A model generated the notes under the pieces. It worked only from the letters and a program-made list of their open reading frames with translations, searched no databases and was not told the origin of the DNA. Below, piece by piece: positions 1 through 10,534 of a stretch of DNA of 64,000 nucleotides (the first letter of the stretch is position 1; every line of letters begins with the position of its first letter). Made by a program: the position numbers and the translations under genes. This stretch comes from Polyangiales bacterium (GTDB lineage Bacteria; Myxococcota_A; Polyangia; Polyangiales; Polyangiaceae), in NCBI GenBank assembly GCA_038231275.1, contig JBBRLQ010000004.1, forward strand, positions 288,001 through 352,000. Direction: 5' to 3'.

Positions 1-504
1 CAGGCGAGCCTGCATGGTCAGCCTCGTCTCCACTCCCGTGATCTTCGCCACGAGCTCTGCTGCGAGGGACCTGGCGTCCGCCAACTCCTTCTGCATCGCG
101 CGCGTGGCGACCTCTCCGTCCCGGCCGGACTTCACCGCGGTGGCGAACGTCGAGAAAATGCGCTCGAGATTTCTCTCGAGCTCCTCGACGTCCCCCCTCA
201 CGAAGAGGAACTCTTTCTGAATCTGCTCGATCGTGAACTCGGACATCATCGCCTTCAGCCGCTGAATTCTGCGGATGACGGTGGCGGGATACATCCCCTG
301 CGAACCGCGATGCCTGCCCTTCAAACCAACACGTACGCTGCGCGGGAGAAGTCCGAGTTGGACGTACTTGCGAAGCGTCGCTTCCGTGAATTTGACTCCC
401 TTGCGGATGAAGCAACCGAGGATCTCTTCCGACGAGAGCCCTTGCGGGTGCTCGCGCTCGATTCGCGCGAGCTCGTCGTCCGAGAATGCCTCTGCCTGCA
501 CCAT
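1..504 (-). CDS. MerR-like helix-turn-helix DNA-binding protein (3' end runs off the window; absent from the ORF track)
   Basis: Manual translation from ATG at 504: MVQAEAFSDDELARIEREHPQGLSSEEILGCFIRKGVKFTEATLRKYVQLGLLPRSVRVGLKGRHRGSQGMYPATVIRRIQRLK..., open to position 1. TLRKYVQLGLLP resembles the MerR HTH signature (TLRxYxxxGLLP). Confidence 0.7.
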   Translation of the reverse strand, partial: MVQAEAFSDDELARIEREHPQGLSSEEILGCFIRKGVKFTEATLRKYVQLGLLPRSVRVGLKGRHRGSQGMYPATVIRRIQRLKAMMSEFTIEQIQKEFLFVRGDVEELERNLERIFSTFATAVKSGRDGEVATRAMQKELADARSLAAELVAKITGVETRLTMQARL

Positions 505-590
505 CCGCAGCTGCTCCTGCACACGCGTAAACTGCAGGTTCGCCTGATTCTGCGCCTCCTTGGGAGGGCGATCGGCGCCACGTTCTGACG

Positions 591-626
591 CTTTTGAATG
601 TATTCTATTCAAAAGAGGACGGTCAA
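591..626 (-). promoter_or_regulatory. Putative sigma70-type promoter (TTGACC-N18-TACATT) overlapped by a 9-bp inverted repeat CTTTTGAAT-N7-ATTCAAAAG
   Basis: Minus-strand -35 at 626-621 and -10 at 602-597; perfect inverted arms at 591-599 and 607-615 in an AT-rich intergenic patch. Confidence 0.5.
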
Positions 627-737
627 CGCCTCTTCGGCGTTTTTTTTGTGCTGTTCCATAATGGAACTGCTCTCGCGAGCTTAGATCGTAGATGTGACAA
701 ACAATGTCACTCCAGTGGTCGCGTTTTCGGCGCGTTT

Positions 738-1733
738 TCATCGCGACACCGGCGCGGCGGAGGTTCCGCGGAGATCCCGAAGAAGCGCAGAGATCCGCAG
801 GGATCCGAGATCTCCTGCACTGTAGGGAGCCAGCGCACGAAGGGCGTCGTCTGCACACGCATAACGATCATGTGAGTGCAACTCCAATAAGCGCTCTGCG
901 GCCTGCAGAAAGCCGAAATCCAGATCCGGACGCACTTCGCTAAGCGAAACGAGGTCGCCGCGCTCGATCGCGCGGAGCTCGTCGATCGCTCCGTTTGCGC
1001 GCCAGGGGCGACGTCGCGCAAGGAGCTCGTAGAGGACGACGCCGACGGCGAAGAGGTCGCACCGCACGTCGAGCGGCCCCCCGCGGGCCTGCTCGGGGGA
1101 GACGTAGCCGAGCTTGCCTTTCACGAGGCTGGGGCGGGTCCACCGGGTGCGGTCGCCCGCCAGCGCGATACCGAAATCCGTGAGTTTCACCTCACCTTCG
1201 TTCGAAAGGAGAATGTTGGTCGGCGTCACGTCGCGGTGGACGAGCCCCGGCAGGACGCGCTGGGCGGCGGCGAGCGCGCGCAAGACTCCGCAGGCGACGT
1301 GCACCGCGACGCGCTCGGATAGGTACGCGCCATGGGGTGCGAGCGACGCCGCCACCGATCCCCGGCACACTGCGCGGAGGTTCTGCCCGCGAACGAGCTC
1401 GAGGACGAGGAACGGCGTGCCGTCGCGCTCCTGCCCGACCGCGAGCAGCGACGCCACGTTCGCGTGCCGGATGCGCGCGAGGAGCCGCGCTTCTTCCCAG
1501 AGGTCGCGGACCGCCAGCTCGCACAAGCGCGAGAGGCGCTTCACGCAGACCTCCTTCGGGAACGCGGCGCCGATCTCGCGCGCGCGGTAGACGGTGCCGT
1601 TCCCACCCGCGCCTATCCGTTCGAGCAGCTCGTAGCGCAGCGTCGCGGGGTTGCCGAGCACACGCCTGATCTCGTCGCCATTTTCGGTTCTCACCCTTCC
1701 CCATCGGCGCGACCGGGGCATTGTTGCGTGCAT
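738..1733 (-). CDS. Hanks-type Ser/Thr protein kinase (catalytic domain only)
   Basis: IGAGGNGTVY, VCVKRL, VHRDVTPTN, LTDFG, YVSPEQ and DLFAVG motifs. Confidence 0.9.
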   Translation of the reverse strand: MHATMPRSRRWGRVRTENGDEIRRVLGNPATLRYELLERIGAGGNGTVYRAREIGAAFPKEVCVKRLSRLCELAVRDLWEEARLLARIRHANVASLLAVGQERDGTPFLVLELVRGQNLRAVCRGSVAASLAPHGAYLSERVAVHVACGVLRALAAAQRVLPGLVHRDVTPTNILLSNEGEVKLTDFGIALAGDRTRWTRPSLVKGKLGYVSPEQARGGPLDVRCDLFAVGVVLYELLARRRPWRANGAIDELRAIERGDLVSLSEVRPDLDFGFLQAAERLLELHSHDRYACADDALRALAPYSAGDLGSLRISALLRDLRGTSAAPVSR

Positions 1734-1825
1734 GCTGCACGGGATTCCGCCCGACGATCGACCGGGCGCAGCGAAGTGCGCGTCTCGGCGCGACTTCTCG
1801 GGGTTAGCGCTATGCTAGCCCCGCT

Positions 1826-2680
1826 TTGACGACCCCCGCGCGCTTCGACCCGGTGACCCGCGACGTGAATGCGCGCGGCACACGCGTGCGCTTCGTCGAG
1901 GCGGGCGACGGGCCGCCGCTGATCCTCGTCCACGGGTACCTGTCGAGCCAGCGGACGTGGGAGGACGTCATGCCGGCGCTCGCCCAGCGTTTTCGGGTGA
2001 TCGCGCCCGATTTGCCGGGGTTCGGCGAGAGCGAGAAGCCGTCGCCCGCGCGCTACGGGTACGGGTTCGAGGCGTTTGCCGACTCGGTCGCGGACGTGGT
2101 GGCGGCGCTCGGCCTCAGTCGCGCCGCCGTCTGTGGACACGGTCTCGGCGGCGCTGTCGGACTGACGCTCGCGGCGAAGCACCCCGCCCTCGTCGATCGC
2201 CTGGTGCTCGTGGGTCCGCACGTCTACTCGGCACGGCTCGGTTTGATGTCGCGCGTCGCCGGCGTGCCCGTCGTGGGCCCGGTCGCGTTCAAGCAGCTGT
2301 ACGGGCGCGCGATGTTCCGGCGATTTTTCCGCGACCACGTCTATGGCACCGCCGAGCCGCCGTGGGCGCGCGTCGACACGCACTTCGACCTGTTCAACGT
2401 CCCCGCCGCGCGCGAGGCGGCGTTCGCCACGACGCAGGCGCTCCTCGACACGCGGGCGATCGTTGCGCAAGTGCCGCGCGTCAACGTGCCTTCGCTCGTC
2501 GTTTGGGGTCGCGGCGATCGCTGCGCGCCGATCTCCGACGGCCGCCGCCTCTCGAGAGAGCTGCGGAGCGCGCGCTTCGAGGTGCTCGAGTCCGGACACG
2601 CTCCACAAGAGGAGTGCCCCGAGGCGTTCGCCCACGTGATGACCCGCTTCCTCGTCGAGGCGGCGGGCAAGGTGGCCTGA
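1826..2680 (+). CDS. Alpha/beta fold hydrolase
   Basis: LILVHG, APDLPGFGES, VWGRGD and SGHAPQEE motifs; the nucleophile elbow reads GHGLGG rather than GHSxGG. Confidence 0.85.
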   Translation: MTTPARFDPVTRDVNARGTRVRFVEAGDGPPLILVHGYLSSQRTWEDVMPALAQRFRVIAPDLPGFGESEKPSPARYGYGFEAFADSVADVVAALGLSRAAVCGHGLGGAVGLTLAAKHPALVDRLVLVGPHVYSARLGLMSRVAGVPVVGPVAFKQLYGRAMFRRFFRDHVYGTAEPPWARVDTHFDLFNVPAAREAAFATTQALLDTRAIVAQVPRVNVPSLVVWGRGDRCAPISDGRRLSRELRSARFEVLESGHAPQEECPEAFAHVMTRFLVEAAGKVA

Positions 2681-2683
2681 CGG

Positions 2684-3709
2684 ATGTTCGATCCGCGCGC
2701 GCGCGCCCGTTTCCGACGGAACCGCGCCGCCGTGCTGGGCGCCGGCATCGTCGTCTTCCTCGCGCTCTTTGCGCTGCTCGGTCCGCTGCTCGTCGGGAGC
2801 GATCCGTACACGAGCGATTTCGTCTCCGGCGCGACGCCCGCGCAAAACCCCGCCGGGCCGAGCGCCGCGCACTGGCTCGGAACCGACCGTATTTTCCGTG
2901 ACGAGCTCGCGCGCCTCGCGCACGGGGCGCGCCTGTCGCTCGTCATCGGCGTCGCGGCGACCGTGATCGCCTCGACGGTCGGCGCCTTCGTGGGAATCGT
3001 GGCGGGGTACTACGAGGACACGCCCGGGATCCGTGTCCCGTGGGCGGTCGTCGCATGCGCGTGCGGCGCGGCGGCGCTCGCGGTGTTCGGGAGAGGTGCC
3101 CCGGCGCTCGGCGTCCTCGCGGGCGGCGCCCTCCTCTGGCTTTTCAGCGCGCGCAGCGCACGGACCGCGCTACGGAGCGGTCCAGAGGTCACCGCCGACA
3201 CTGCGCTCATGCGCGTCGTGGACGTCGGCCTGTCGTTTCCGTTTCTCCTCCTCGTCATGGCGGTGGGCGCTGCGCTCGATCGAACGACGACCACCAGCAT
3301 CTTCGTCACGCTCGGCCTCACGGGATGGCTCGGCACCGCACGGATCCTTCGCGCCAAGACGATGCAGATCAAGAAGCACGACTACGTCCTGGCCGCGCGC
3401 GCGCTCGGGCAGTCGACGCTGGCGATCCTCACGCGACACGTGCTCCCAAACGTGGCCGGCCCGCTGATCGTGATCGCGACGCTGTCGGTCGCGCAGATGA
3501 TCGTCGCCGAGAGCGTCCTCAGCTACCTCGGCGTCGGGATCTCGCCGCCCACCGCCACGTGGGGCCACATGCTGTTCGAGGGGCAGGACATCTACCAGAC
3601 GGCGCCGTGGATCCTGGCGTGCCCCGCCGTCGCGATCTTGCTCGCGGTGTTCGGATTCAACCTGCTCGGGGAGGGGCTCCGCGATGCGCTCGACCCGCGC
3701 GAGGACTGA
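2684..3709 (+). CDS. Peptide/nickel ABC transporter permease, DppC/OppC type
   Basis: HWLGTD..RD..ARL.HGARLSL; EAA-like loop DYVLAARALG; HVLPN; C-terminal FNLLGEGLRDALDP. Confidence 0.9.
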   Translation: MFDPRARARFRRNRAAVLGAGIVVFLALFALLGPLLVGSDPYTSDFVSGATPAQNPAGPSAAHWLGTDRIFRDELARLAHGARLSLVIGVAATVIASTVGAFVGIVAGYYEDTPGIRVPWAVVACACGAAALAVFGRGAPALGVLAGGALLWLFSARSARTALRSGPEVTADTALMRVVDVGLSFPFLLLVMAVGAALDRTTTTSIFVTLGLTGWLGTARILRAKTMQIKKHDYVLAARALGQSTLAILTRHVLPNVAGPLIVIATLSVAQMIVAESVLSYLGVGISPPTATWGHMLFEGQDIYQTAPWILACPAVAILLAVFGFNLLGEGLRDALDPRED

Positions 3710-5483
3710 GCTCGGCCCCCGCACGAGACGTGGGGAACGCCTCACATGTCTCTTCAGTGTATTTCTTTTCAGTATATTTTTCGGTGCCCTGACCGGCTGC
3801 GGCGGTGGGCTCGACGCTCCCCTCCCCCGCGCGCACGACGGGGACGAGACGCCGAGGCGGGGCGGCACTCTGCACCTCGCCTCGTTCGGCGACATCCGCG
3901 GCCTCGATCCGGCGATCACCTCGGACGGCCTCGCCACGCCGGTCCTCTCGCTCCTCTTCGCGGGCCTCGTCGAGTACGACGACGCGGGAAAATTAGTGCC
4001 CGCGCTCGCCGAGCGCTGGGAGGTCGGAGAAGGCGGCACCGAGTACCGCTTCACGCTGCGCGAGGGCGTCCGCTTTCACGACGGCGACGAGCTCACCGCC
4101 GAGGATGTGAAGCGCTCCGTGGAACGCGCGCTGAGCCCGTCGACGCCCAACCCGAACGCGAGCTTCTACGAGAAAATCGCCGGCTACGAAAATTATACTG
4201 AAAAGAAATTACCACACCTCGACGGCGTGCGCGTGCTCGGGCGCTACGTCGTCGCGTTCACGCTCGCCGAGCCCGACGCGACCTTCTTGCCAGCCCTCGC
4301 GCTCACCTCTCTGCGACCCGTTTGCAAGAGCGGTGGGGAGCGCTTCACCGACGGCTGGCACCCGTGCGGGGCGGGCCCGTTCAAGCTGCTGCCCGGCGGA
4401 TGGGAGCACGGGCGCAGCGTCACCGTCGTGCGTCATGAGGGCTACTTCCGACCGGGCCGCCCGTACCTCGACGCGGTGACGTGGACCTACGGGATGGGAA
4501 TCGTCACGCAGCGCTTCAAGCTCGAGTCCGGGGAGGTCGACGCGCTCCAGGATTTTTCTCAGGCCGACATCGTTCGCTTCCAGAGCGATCCAAGGTGGAA
4601 GCCGTTCGGCACGTTCGCGCCCGAGCGCACGGTCTACGGGCAGGCGATGAACGTCGAGATGGCGCCGTTCGACAACGTCGAGATACGTCGCGCCGTGGCC
4701 GCCGCGATCGATCGCGATCACTTCCGCATGGTCTCGCCGGCGCGCACGCGGACCGCGTACCAGGTGCTGCCGCCGTCGGTGCCCGGCTACCGCGAGGATC
4801 TGCCAGGGCGCCAGCGCTACGACGTCGCCGCCGCGCTCGAGCACATGCGACGCGCGGGCTACCCCTACGATCCGGCGACGGGCCGCGGCGGCTACCCGAA
4901 CGTCATCCCCTACTACGCCTACAAGGCGGGAATGACCGAGTACACGGCGCAGCTGATGAAGCAGGATCTCGCGAAGATCGGGCTGCAGATCGAGATCCGA
5001 ATCCTGAGCTTCCCCACGTGGAGCGCGCTCACGCGCAGGCGGGGGAAGGCGGCGTTCTCCGAGGGGAGCTGGCAGATGGACTTTCCGGACGCGAGCGACT
5101 TCTTCGAGCCTCTCTTCTCCGGCAAAGCCATCAACGACGAGGACACCAGCAACAACGCCTTCTACAAGAACGCGCGCGTCGACGCGCTCCTCGCGAACGC
5201 GCACCGCGAGCTCGACCCGAAGGCCCGCGCGGCGATGTATGACGAGGCCAACACGATCGTCTGCGACGAGGCCCCGTGGGCGTTCACGCACGGCGTGCGG
5301 TGGTACGTGGTGTGGCAGCCGTACGTGCGGGGATACAAGACGCACCCGATCCTGAACCAGCACGTCGTCGACGTCTGGCTCGATCGCGAGTCGGAGCGCC
5401 GGGCGGCCGGCGCACCGGGCGGAGCGCGGTCGGGGCTCGGTCGGGCGCTCGGCAGCCTGATCGGCGCGGGAGCGTGGCGGTGA
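3684..5483 (+). CDS. Peptide ABC transporter substrate-binding lipoprotein (family 5, DppA/OppA type)
   Basis: Lipobox LTGC; RGGTL, LDPA, PALAERWEV, FTLREGVRFHDG..LTAEDVK.S, GAGPF motifs. Confidence 0.9.
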   Translation: MRSTRARTELGPRTRRGERLTCLFSVFLFSIFFGALTGCGGGLDAPLPRAHDGDETPRRGGTLHLASFGDIRGLDPAITSDGLATPVLSLLFAGLVEYDDAGKLVPALAERWEVGEGGTEYRFTLREGVRFHDGDELTAEDVKRSVERALSPSTPNPNASFYEKIAGYENYTEKKLPHLDGVRVLGRYVVAFTLAEPDATFLPALALTSLRPVCKSGGERFTDGWHPCGAGPFKLLPGGWEHGRSVTVVRHEGYFRPGRPYLDAVTWTYGMGIVTQRFKLESGEVDALQDFSQADIVRFQSDPRWKPFGTFAPERTVYGQAMNVEMAPFDNVEIRRAVAAAIDRDHFRMVSPARTRTAYQVLPPSVPGYREDLPGRQRYDVAAALEHMRRAGYPYDPATGRGGYPNVIPYYAYKAGMTEYTAQLMKQDLAKIGLQIEIRILSFPTWSALTRRRGKAAFSEGSWQMDFPDASDFFEPLFSGKAINDEDTSNNAFYKNARVDALLANAHRELDPKARAAMYDEANTIVCDEAPWAFTHGVRWYVVWQPYVRGYKTHPILNQHVVDVWLDRESERRAAGAPGGARSGLGRALGSLIGAGAWR

Positions 5484-6484
5484 TGCGTTTCCTCGCGCGC
5501 CGCCTCGCGTGGGCGGTGATCGTCGTCTGGTCGGTGCTGACCGCGGCGTTCTTCGTGAACAACGTCCTGCCGACCGATCCGGCGCGCATGGTCGCAGGTC
5601 CGCAGGCGCGGCCCGCCGACGTCGCGCGGATCCGGCAGCAGCTCGGACTCGATCGACCCGTGCACGAGCAGTACGCCATCTTCATGCGCCGCCTCGTGCA
5701 CGTGGGGCCGTCCTCCGTGGAGGCAGGGGACAAGGAGCACGCCTCGTGCGGCGCGCTCGGCCGACTCCACGTCGATCTCGGACGCAGCTATACGATGCGC
5801 CGGCCGGTACTCACCGTCCTCGGCGAGCGGCTGCCACGCACGCTGCAGCTCGCGGGCGCAGCGGTCGTGCTGCAGCTCTTCTTCGGCGTCGGGCTCGGCG
5901 TCCTCGCGGCGGCGCGCAGGAACACGAAGACCGATCGCGCGGCGGTCGCGGTGAGCCTCCTCGGCGTGAGCGCGCCCACCTTCCTCACCGGGCTCCTCCT
6001 CCAATTCGTGCTCGGGCACCAGCTCCGCCTCTTGCCGGTCGACGGCTACGGCAAAGACGCCGCGGACCACGCGCTCAGCGTGATCCTCCCCGCCCTCACG
6101 CTCGGCCTCTTCGGCGCCGCGTCGTACACGCGGCTCGTTCGCGACGAGATGATCGGCGCGCTCGGCCAAGACTACGTGCGCACCGCGCGTGCGAAGGGCG
6201 TGAGCCGCGCCGGCGTCCTCGTGCGCCACGGCCTACGAAACGCGCTCGTCCCGCTCGTGACCGTCCTCGGCCTCGATCTCGGCACGTTGGTCGGCGGCGC
6301 GGTCGTGACCGAGACCGTCTTTCGCTGGCCTGGCATCGGCGCGATGAGCGTCAACGCGATGCTCGATCGCGACGGCCCGCTCATCCTCGGGGCGGTGCTT
6401 GTCACGAGCGCCGCGATCGTCCTCGCCAACATCGTCGTCGACGTCTGCTACGCCGCGCTCGATCCGCGGATCCGCGAAACGTGA
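5483..6484 (+). CDS. Peptide ABC transporter permease, DppB/OppB type
   Basis: Start MRFLARRL overlaps the upstream stop (TGATG); LGLDRP..EQY, DLGRSY, DYVRTARAKG, ETVFRWPGIG, LDPRIR. Confidence 0.9.
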   Translation: MRFLARRLAWAVIVVWSVLTAAFFVNNVLPTDPARMVAGPQARPADVARIRQQLGLDRPVHEQYAIFMRRLVHVGPSSVEAGDKEHASCGALGRLHVDLGRSYTMRRPVLTVLGERLPRTLQLAGAAVVLQLFFGVGLGVLAAARRNTKTDRAAVAVSLLGVSAPTFLTGLLLQFVLGHQLRLLPVDGYGKDAADHALSVILPALTLGLFGAASYTRLVRDEMIGALGQDYVRTARAKGVSRAGVLVRHGLRNALVPLVTVLGLDLGTLVGGAVVTETVFRWPGIGAMSVNAMLDRDGPLILGAVLVTSAAIVLANIVVDVCYAALDPRIRET

Positions 6485-6520
6485 GGATCCCCTCACATTC
6501 CCAACGGCGCGACTTCGCGA

Positions 6521-8647
6521 TTACTGCCCTAGAAGCGCTCGGCACTCGCTGACGCGGCCACCGCGGCCACGGTTCACGCAGCTCTGATACGCCGCGCGCG
6601 CCTGCGTGCGCGAGCCCGACGCGTCGAATGCCGCTCCGAGCGTGAGCCACGCCTCGGCGTCCCCAGGATCGGCCGCCGTCGCGCGACGCGCCGCGTCGAT
6701 CGCCTTGAACGTCTGCCCGCGTTCGAGGAGACGCTGCGCCTGCTGCGTGAGGTTGACGCGGGGCTCGGCCGCCGTGGACGGCGCGGGGGGTGTCGGCGTC
6801 GGCAACGCCACAACGGTCGGAGTCGGAGTCGCGATCGGCGTCGGAGTCGCGATCGGAGTCGGAGTCGCGATCGGCGTCGGCGTCGGCGTCGCGATCGGAG
6901 TCGGCGTCGCGGACGGAGTCGGCGTCCCCGTCGGCGTGGCCGAGATCGTCGGATCCGGCGTCGTCGCGTTCGTCAGCGCAGCATCTGCGGCCGTCGGATC
7001 GCGCCGCGCGATGTCCGGCGACGGCTCCATCACCTTCACCACCACCAGCCCGACGAGGAAAACCGCCGCGATGATCGCAAGGAGCACCGGCGTCGACATG
7101 CGGCGCCCCTGCATCGGCACCTCGTCGACCGGCTCCTCCGCGGGCGGCCGCGGCGTCCGGGGCGCGCGGGGGATCGCGATCTTCGAGCTGCTCTTGGGCC
7201 CCGAGATCGGCGGGACCGTCGTGGCGGCGCGCTCTTTCCGCACGCTATCCACCACCTCCGGCTCGAGATCGGCGGCGGTGACCATGTGCCCTTCGCCATC
7301 GCTCGGCCGCTCGAGCGACCGCTCGTCGACGATGACCGGCGGCTCGTCCGGGCGCGGCTCGGAGCGCGGCGGCGGGGCGGTTGGACCGACGTGGTGCGCG
7401 CGCGCGTCGTTCAATGCGAGGTTCGGGTCGACCTCCTCTTCGACCACGATGAGCGGGCGCGCCTGGACGCGCACGAGATTCACCTTCGCGATCTCCGCCT
7501 TCGGCGCCACGTGGACCGAAGGCTCGGCGGGGAGACGCGGAGGGGTCAGCGGTTGGCTCTCGACCGGCATCTCGACGCGCGGCGTCTCCGGCGGAGGGCG
7601 CGCGCTCTCGGTCGCGGGGACGACGAGATCGCCATGCGCGGACGCGGCGGTCGCTGCGGGATCCTTGAGCGTGTCGGGGTGCTCCGCCGGCGCCGGCTCC
7701 GCGCGCTCCAGCAAGAGGCCCTCGAAGAAGAGCTTCGAGATCGTCGCGAGCGTGGACAGATCCTCGAACGGCGACTCGTCCACGATCTGCGTCAGCGTGC
7801 GCCGCCCGTCGAGGAGCCGCAGGATTCCGTTGAGCTCGTCGGGGATCTCGTTCAGGCGATCGGCGAGCTGCGTGTGATCGATCTCGAAGACCGTCGACAT
7901 CGGCGGCAGCTGCTCGGTGAGGCGCCCCCACTCGTCGACGCGGCGCATGCCCTCCATCAGAATGCCCTGCGTCGGCGTCCCGATGATGTCCTCGTTCTTC
8001 ACGTCGCGGAACTCGACCTCGAAATCCGCCTCGTTCCAGATGAGCGTGCGGTAGATGACCTCTTCGCCGCGAAGCGCGCCGAGCTCCGCGTCGACGAGCT
8101 TGCCTTCACGAAAATAAATCTGCGCGTGCGCGGCGCCGTTTCGCAAGTGCACGACGCCGGTCTTCCGCGAGACCTCGAAGGTCTGGAGGAGATCGACGAC
8201 CGCCATGTCCTCGATCGATCCCGAGAAATGCGTGCGACCGGTCGCGCCCTTGTGTGTGACGATGTTCTCCTGCGTGCGGCGCGCGAGGAGGAGGTTCACG
8301 CGCGCGAGCAGCTCGCGGACGAAGATCGGCTTGGTGAGGTAGTCCTCGACCCCCAGCTCGAGGCCGCGGATCTTGTCCTCGACGGATTTCTGGCTGGTCA
8401 GAAATACGACCGGGATGCTCGACCACTCGGCGCGCTCCTTCAGGCGCCGCACGAAGGCGTAGCCATCGAGCTTGGGGAGGCGCGTGTCGGACAGGACGAG
8501 ATCGGGCGTCGACAGCTCGACCTTTTGGAGGGCGTCCAGACCATCTTTCGCGGTCGTGACGCTGTAGCCGGCCTTCTTGAGGCTGACCTCGAGCACGCGC
8601 ACGCTGCGCGGATCGGCGTCGACGAGCAGCAGCTTCTGTTTCGCCAC
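6521..8647 (-). CDS. Response-regulator receiver + DUF4388 + Pro-rich linker + TM + C-terminal TPR protein
   Basis: Receiver motifs [40 protein letters not shown] (DUF4388-like); [33 protein letters not shown] helix. Confidence 0.8.
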   Translation of the reverse strand: MAKQKLLLVDADPRSVRVLEVSLKKAGYSVTTAKDGLDALQKVELSTPDLVLSDTRLPKLDGYAFVRRLKERAEWSSIPVVFLTSQKSVEDKIRGLELGVEDYLTKPIFVRELLARVNLLLARRTQENIVTHKGATGRTHFSGSIEDMAVVDLLQTFEVSRKTGVVHLRNGAAHAQIYFREGKLVDAELGALRGEEVIYRTLIWNEADFEVEFRDVKNEDIIGTPTQGILMEGMRRVDEWGRLTEQLPPMSTVFEIDHTQLADRLNEIPDELNGILRLLDGRRTLTQIVDESPFEDLSTLATISKLFFEGLLLERAEPAPAEHPDTLKDPAATAASAHGDLVVPATESARPPPETPRVEMPVESQPLTPPRLPAEPSVHVAPKAEIAKVNLVRVQARPLIVVEEEVDPNLALNDARAHHVGPTAPPPRSEPRPDEPPVIVDERSLERPSDGEGHMVTAADLEPEVVDSVRKERAATTVPPISGPKSSSKIAIPRAPRTPRPPAEEPVDEVPMQGRRMSTPVLLAIIAAVFLVGLVVVKVMEPSPDIARRDPTAADAALTNATTPDPTISATPTGTPTPSATPTPIATPTPTPIATPTPIATPTPIATPTPTVVALPTPTPPAPSTAAEPRVNLTQQAQRLLERGQTFKAIDAARRATAADPGDAEAWLTLGAAFDASGSRTQARAAYQSCVNRGRGGRVSECRALLGQ
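6816..6935 (-). repeat. Coding low-complexity repeat encoding (TP)n/PIATPT
   Basis: Repeated gtcggagtcgcgatcggc/gtcggc units inside the 6521-8647 gene. Confidence 0.75.
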
Positions 8648-8665
8648 GGGATGGGAAGGATACCG

Positions 8666-10151
<1,486 letters not shown>

Positions 10152-10165
<14 letters not shown>

Positions 10166-10406
10166 GGGCGGCGTCCTTCGTGCCCCCGTCGGGCGGCGCA
10201 GCGTCGCGCGGTGGCCCGGCATCGAGATCGGCGCACACGCCTTCACGGCAGACGAGATCGGTCTTGCAGTCTTTGTCGCGCGTGCAGGGCGCGTTGACCG
10301 TCCCCGAGTGCTCGTCGACGCCGCCGCATCCTCCGGGGTCTCGCCCGAACGACAGCGAAATGCCGGCGATGCCGAAGAGGGCGAACACTGCGGCCTGCCG
10401 TACCAC
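10152..10406 (-). CDS. Small secreted Cys-rich protein
   Basis: Hydrophobic N-terminus and PCTRDKDCKTDLVCREGVC motif typical of myxobacterial disulfide-rich modules. Confidence 0.6.
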
Positions 10407-10534
10407 CCATGGAGCTTAGAGCAGAAGTCGGTTGACCGTTAGCGGTCCGTTCGCGGGCCAAAGACGCCCATTTCTTGGCGGGCGGCGCCGGGCTCGCGGG
10501 CGACGAGGTCGCGGGCGCCGGCGTAATGGGGGCG

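Noticed and set aside
693-711. CRP/FNR site (TGTGA...TCAC)
   Set aside because: Spacer is 9 nt rather than 6; kept only as a generic palindrome.
3746-3782. AT-rich imperfect 15-bp direct repeat (TTCAGTGTATTTCTT/TTCAGTATATTTTTC) as a phase-variation or operator site
   Set aside because: It encodes LFSVF-LFSIF in the lipoprotein signal peptide; T runs are too short for slippage.
6816-6935. Tandem short repeats as a possible CRISPR or regulatory array
   Set aside because: In-frame Pro/Thr linker coding repeat with no unique spacers and no cas genes.
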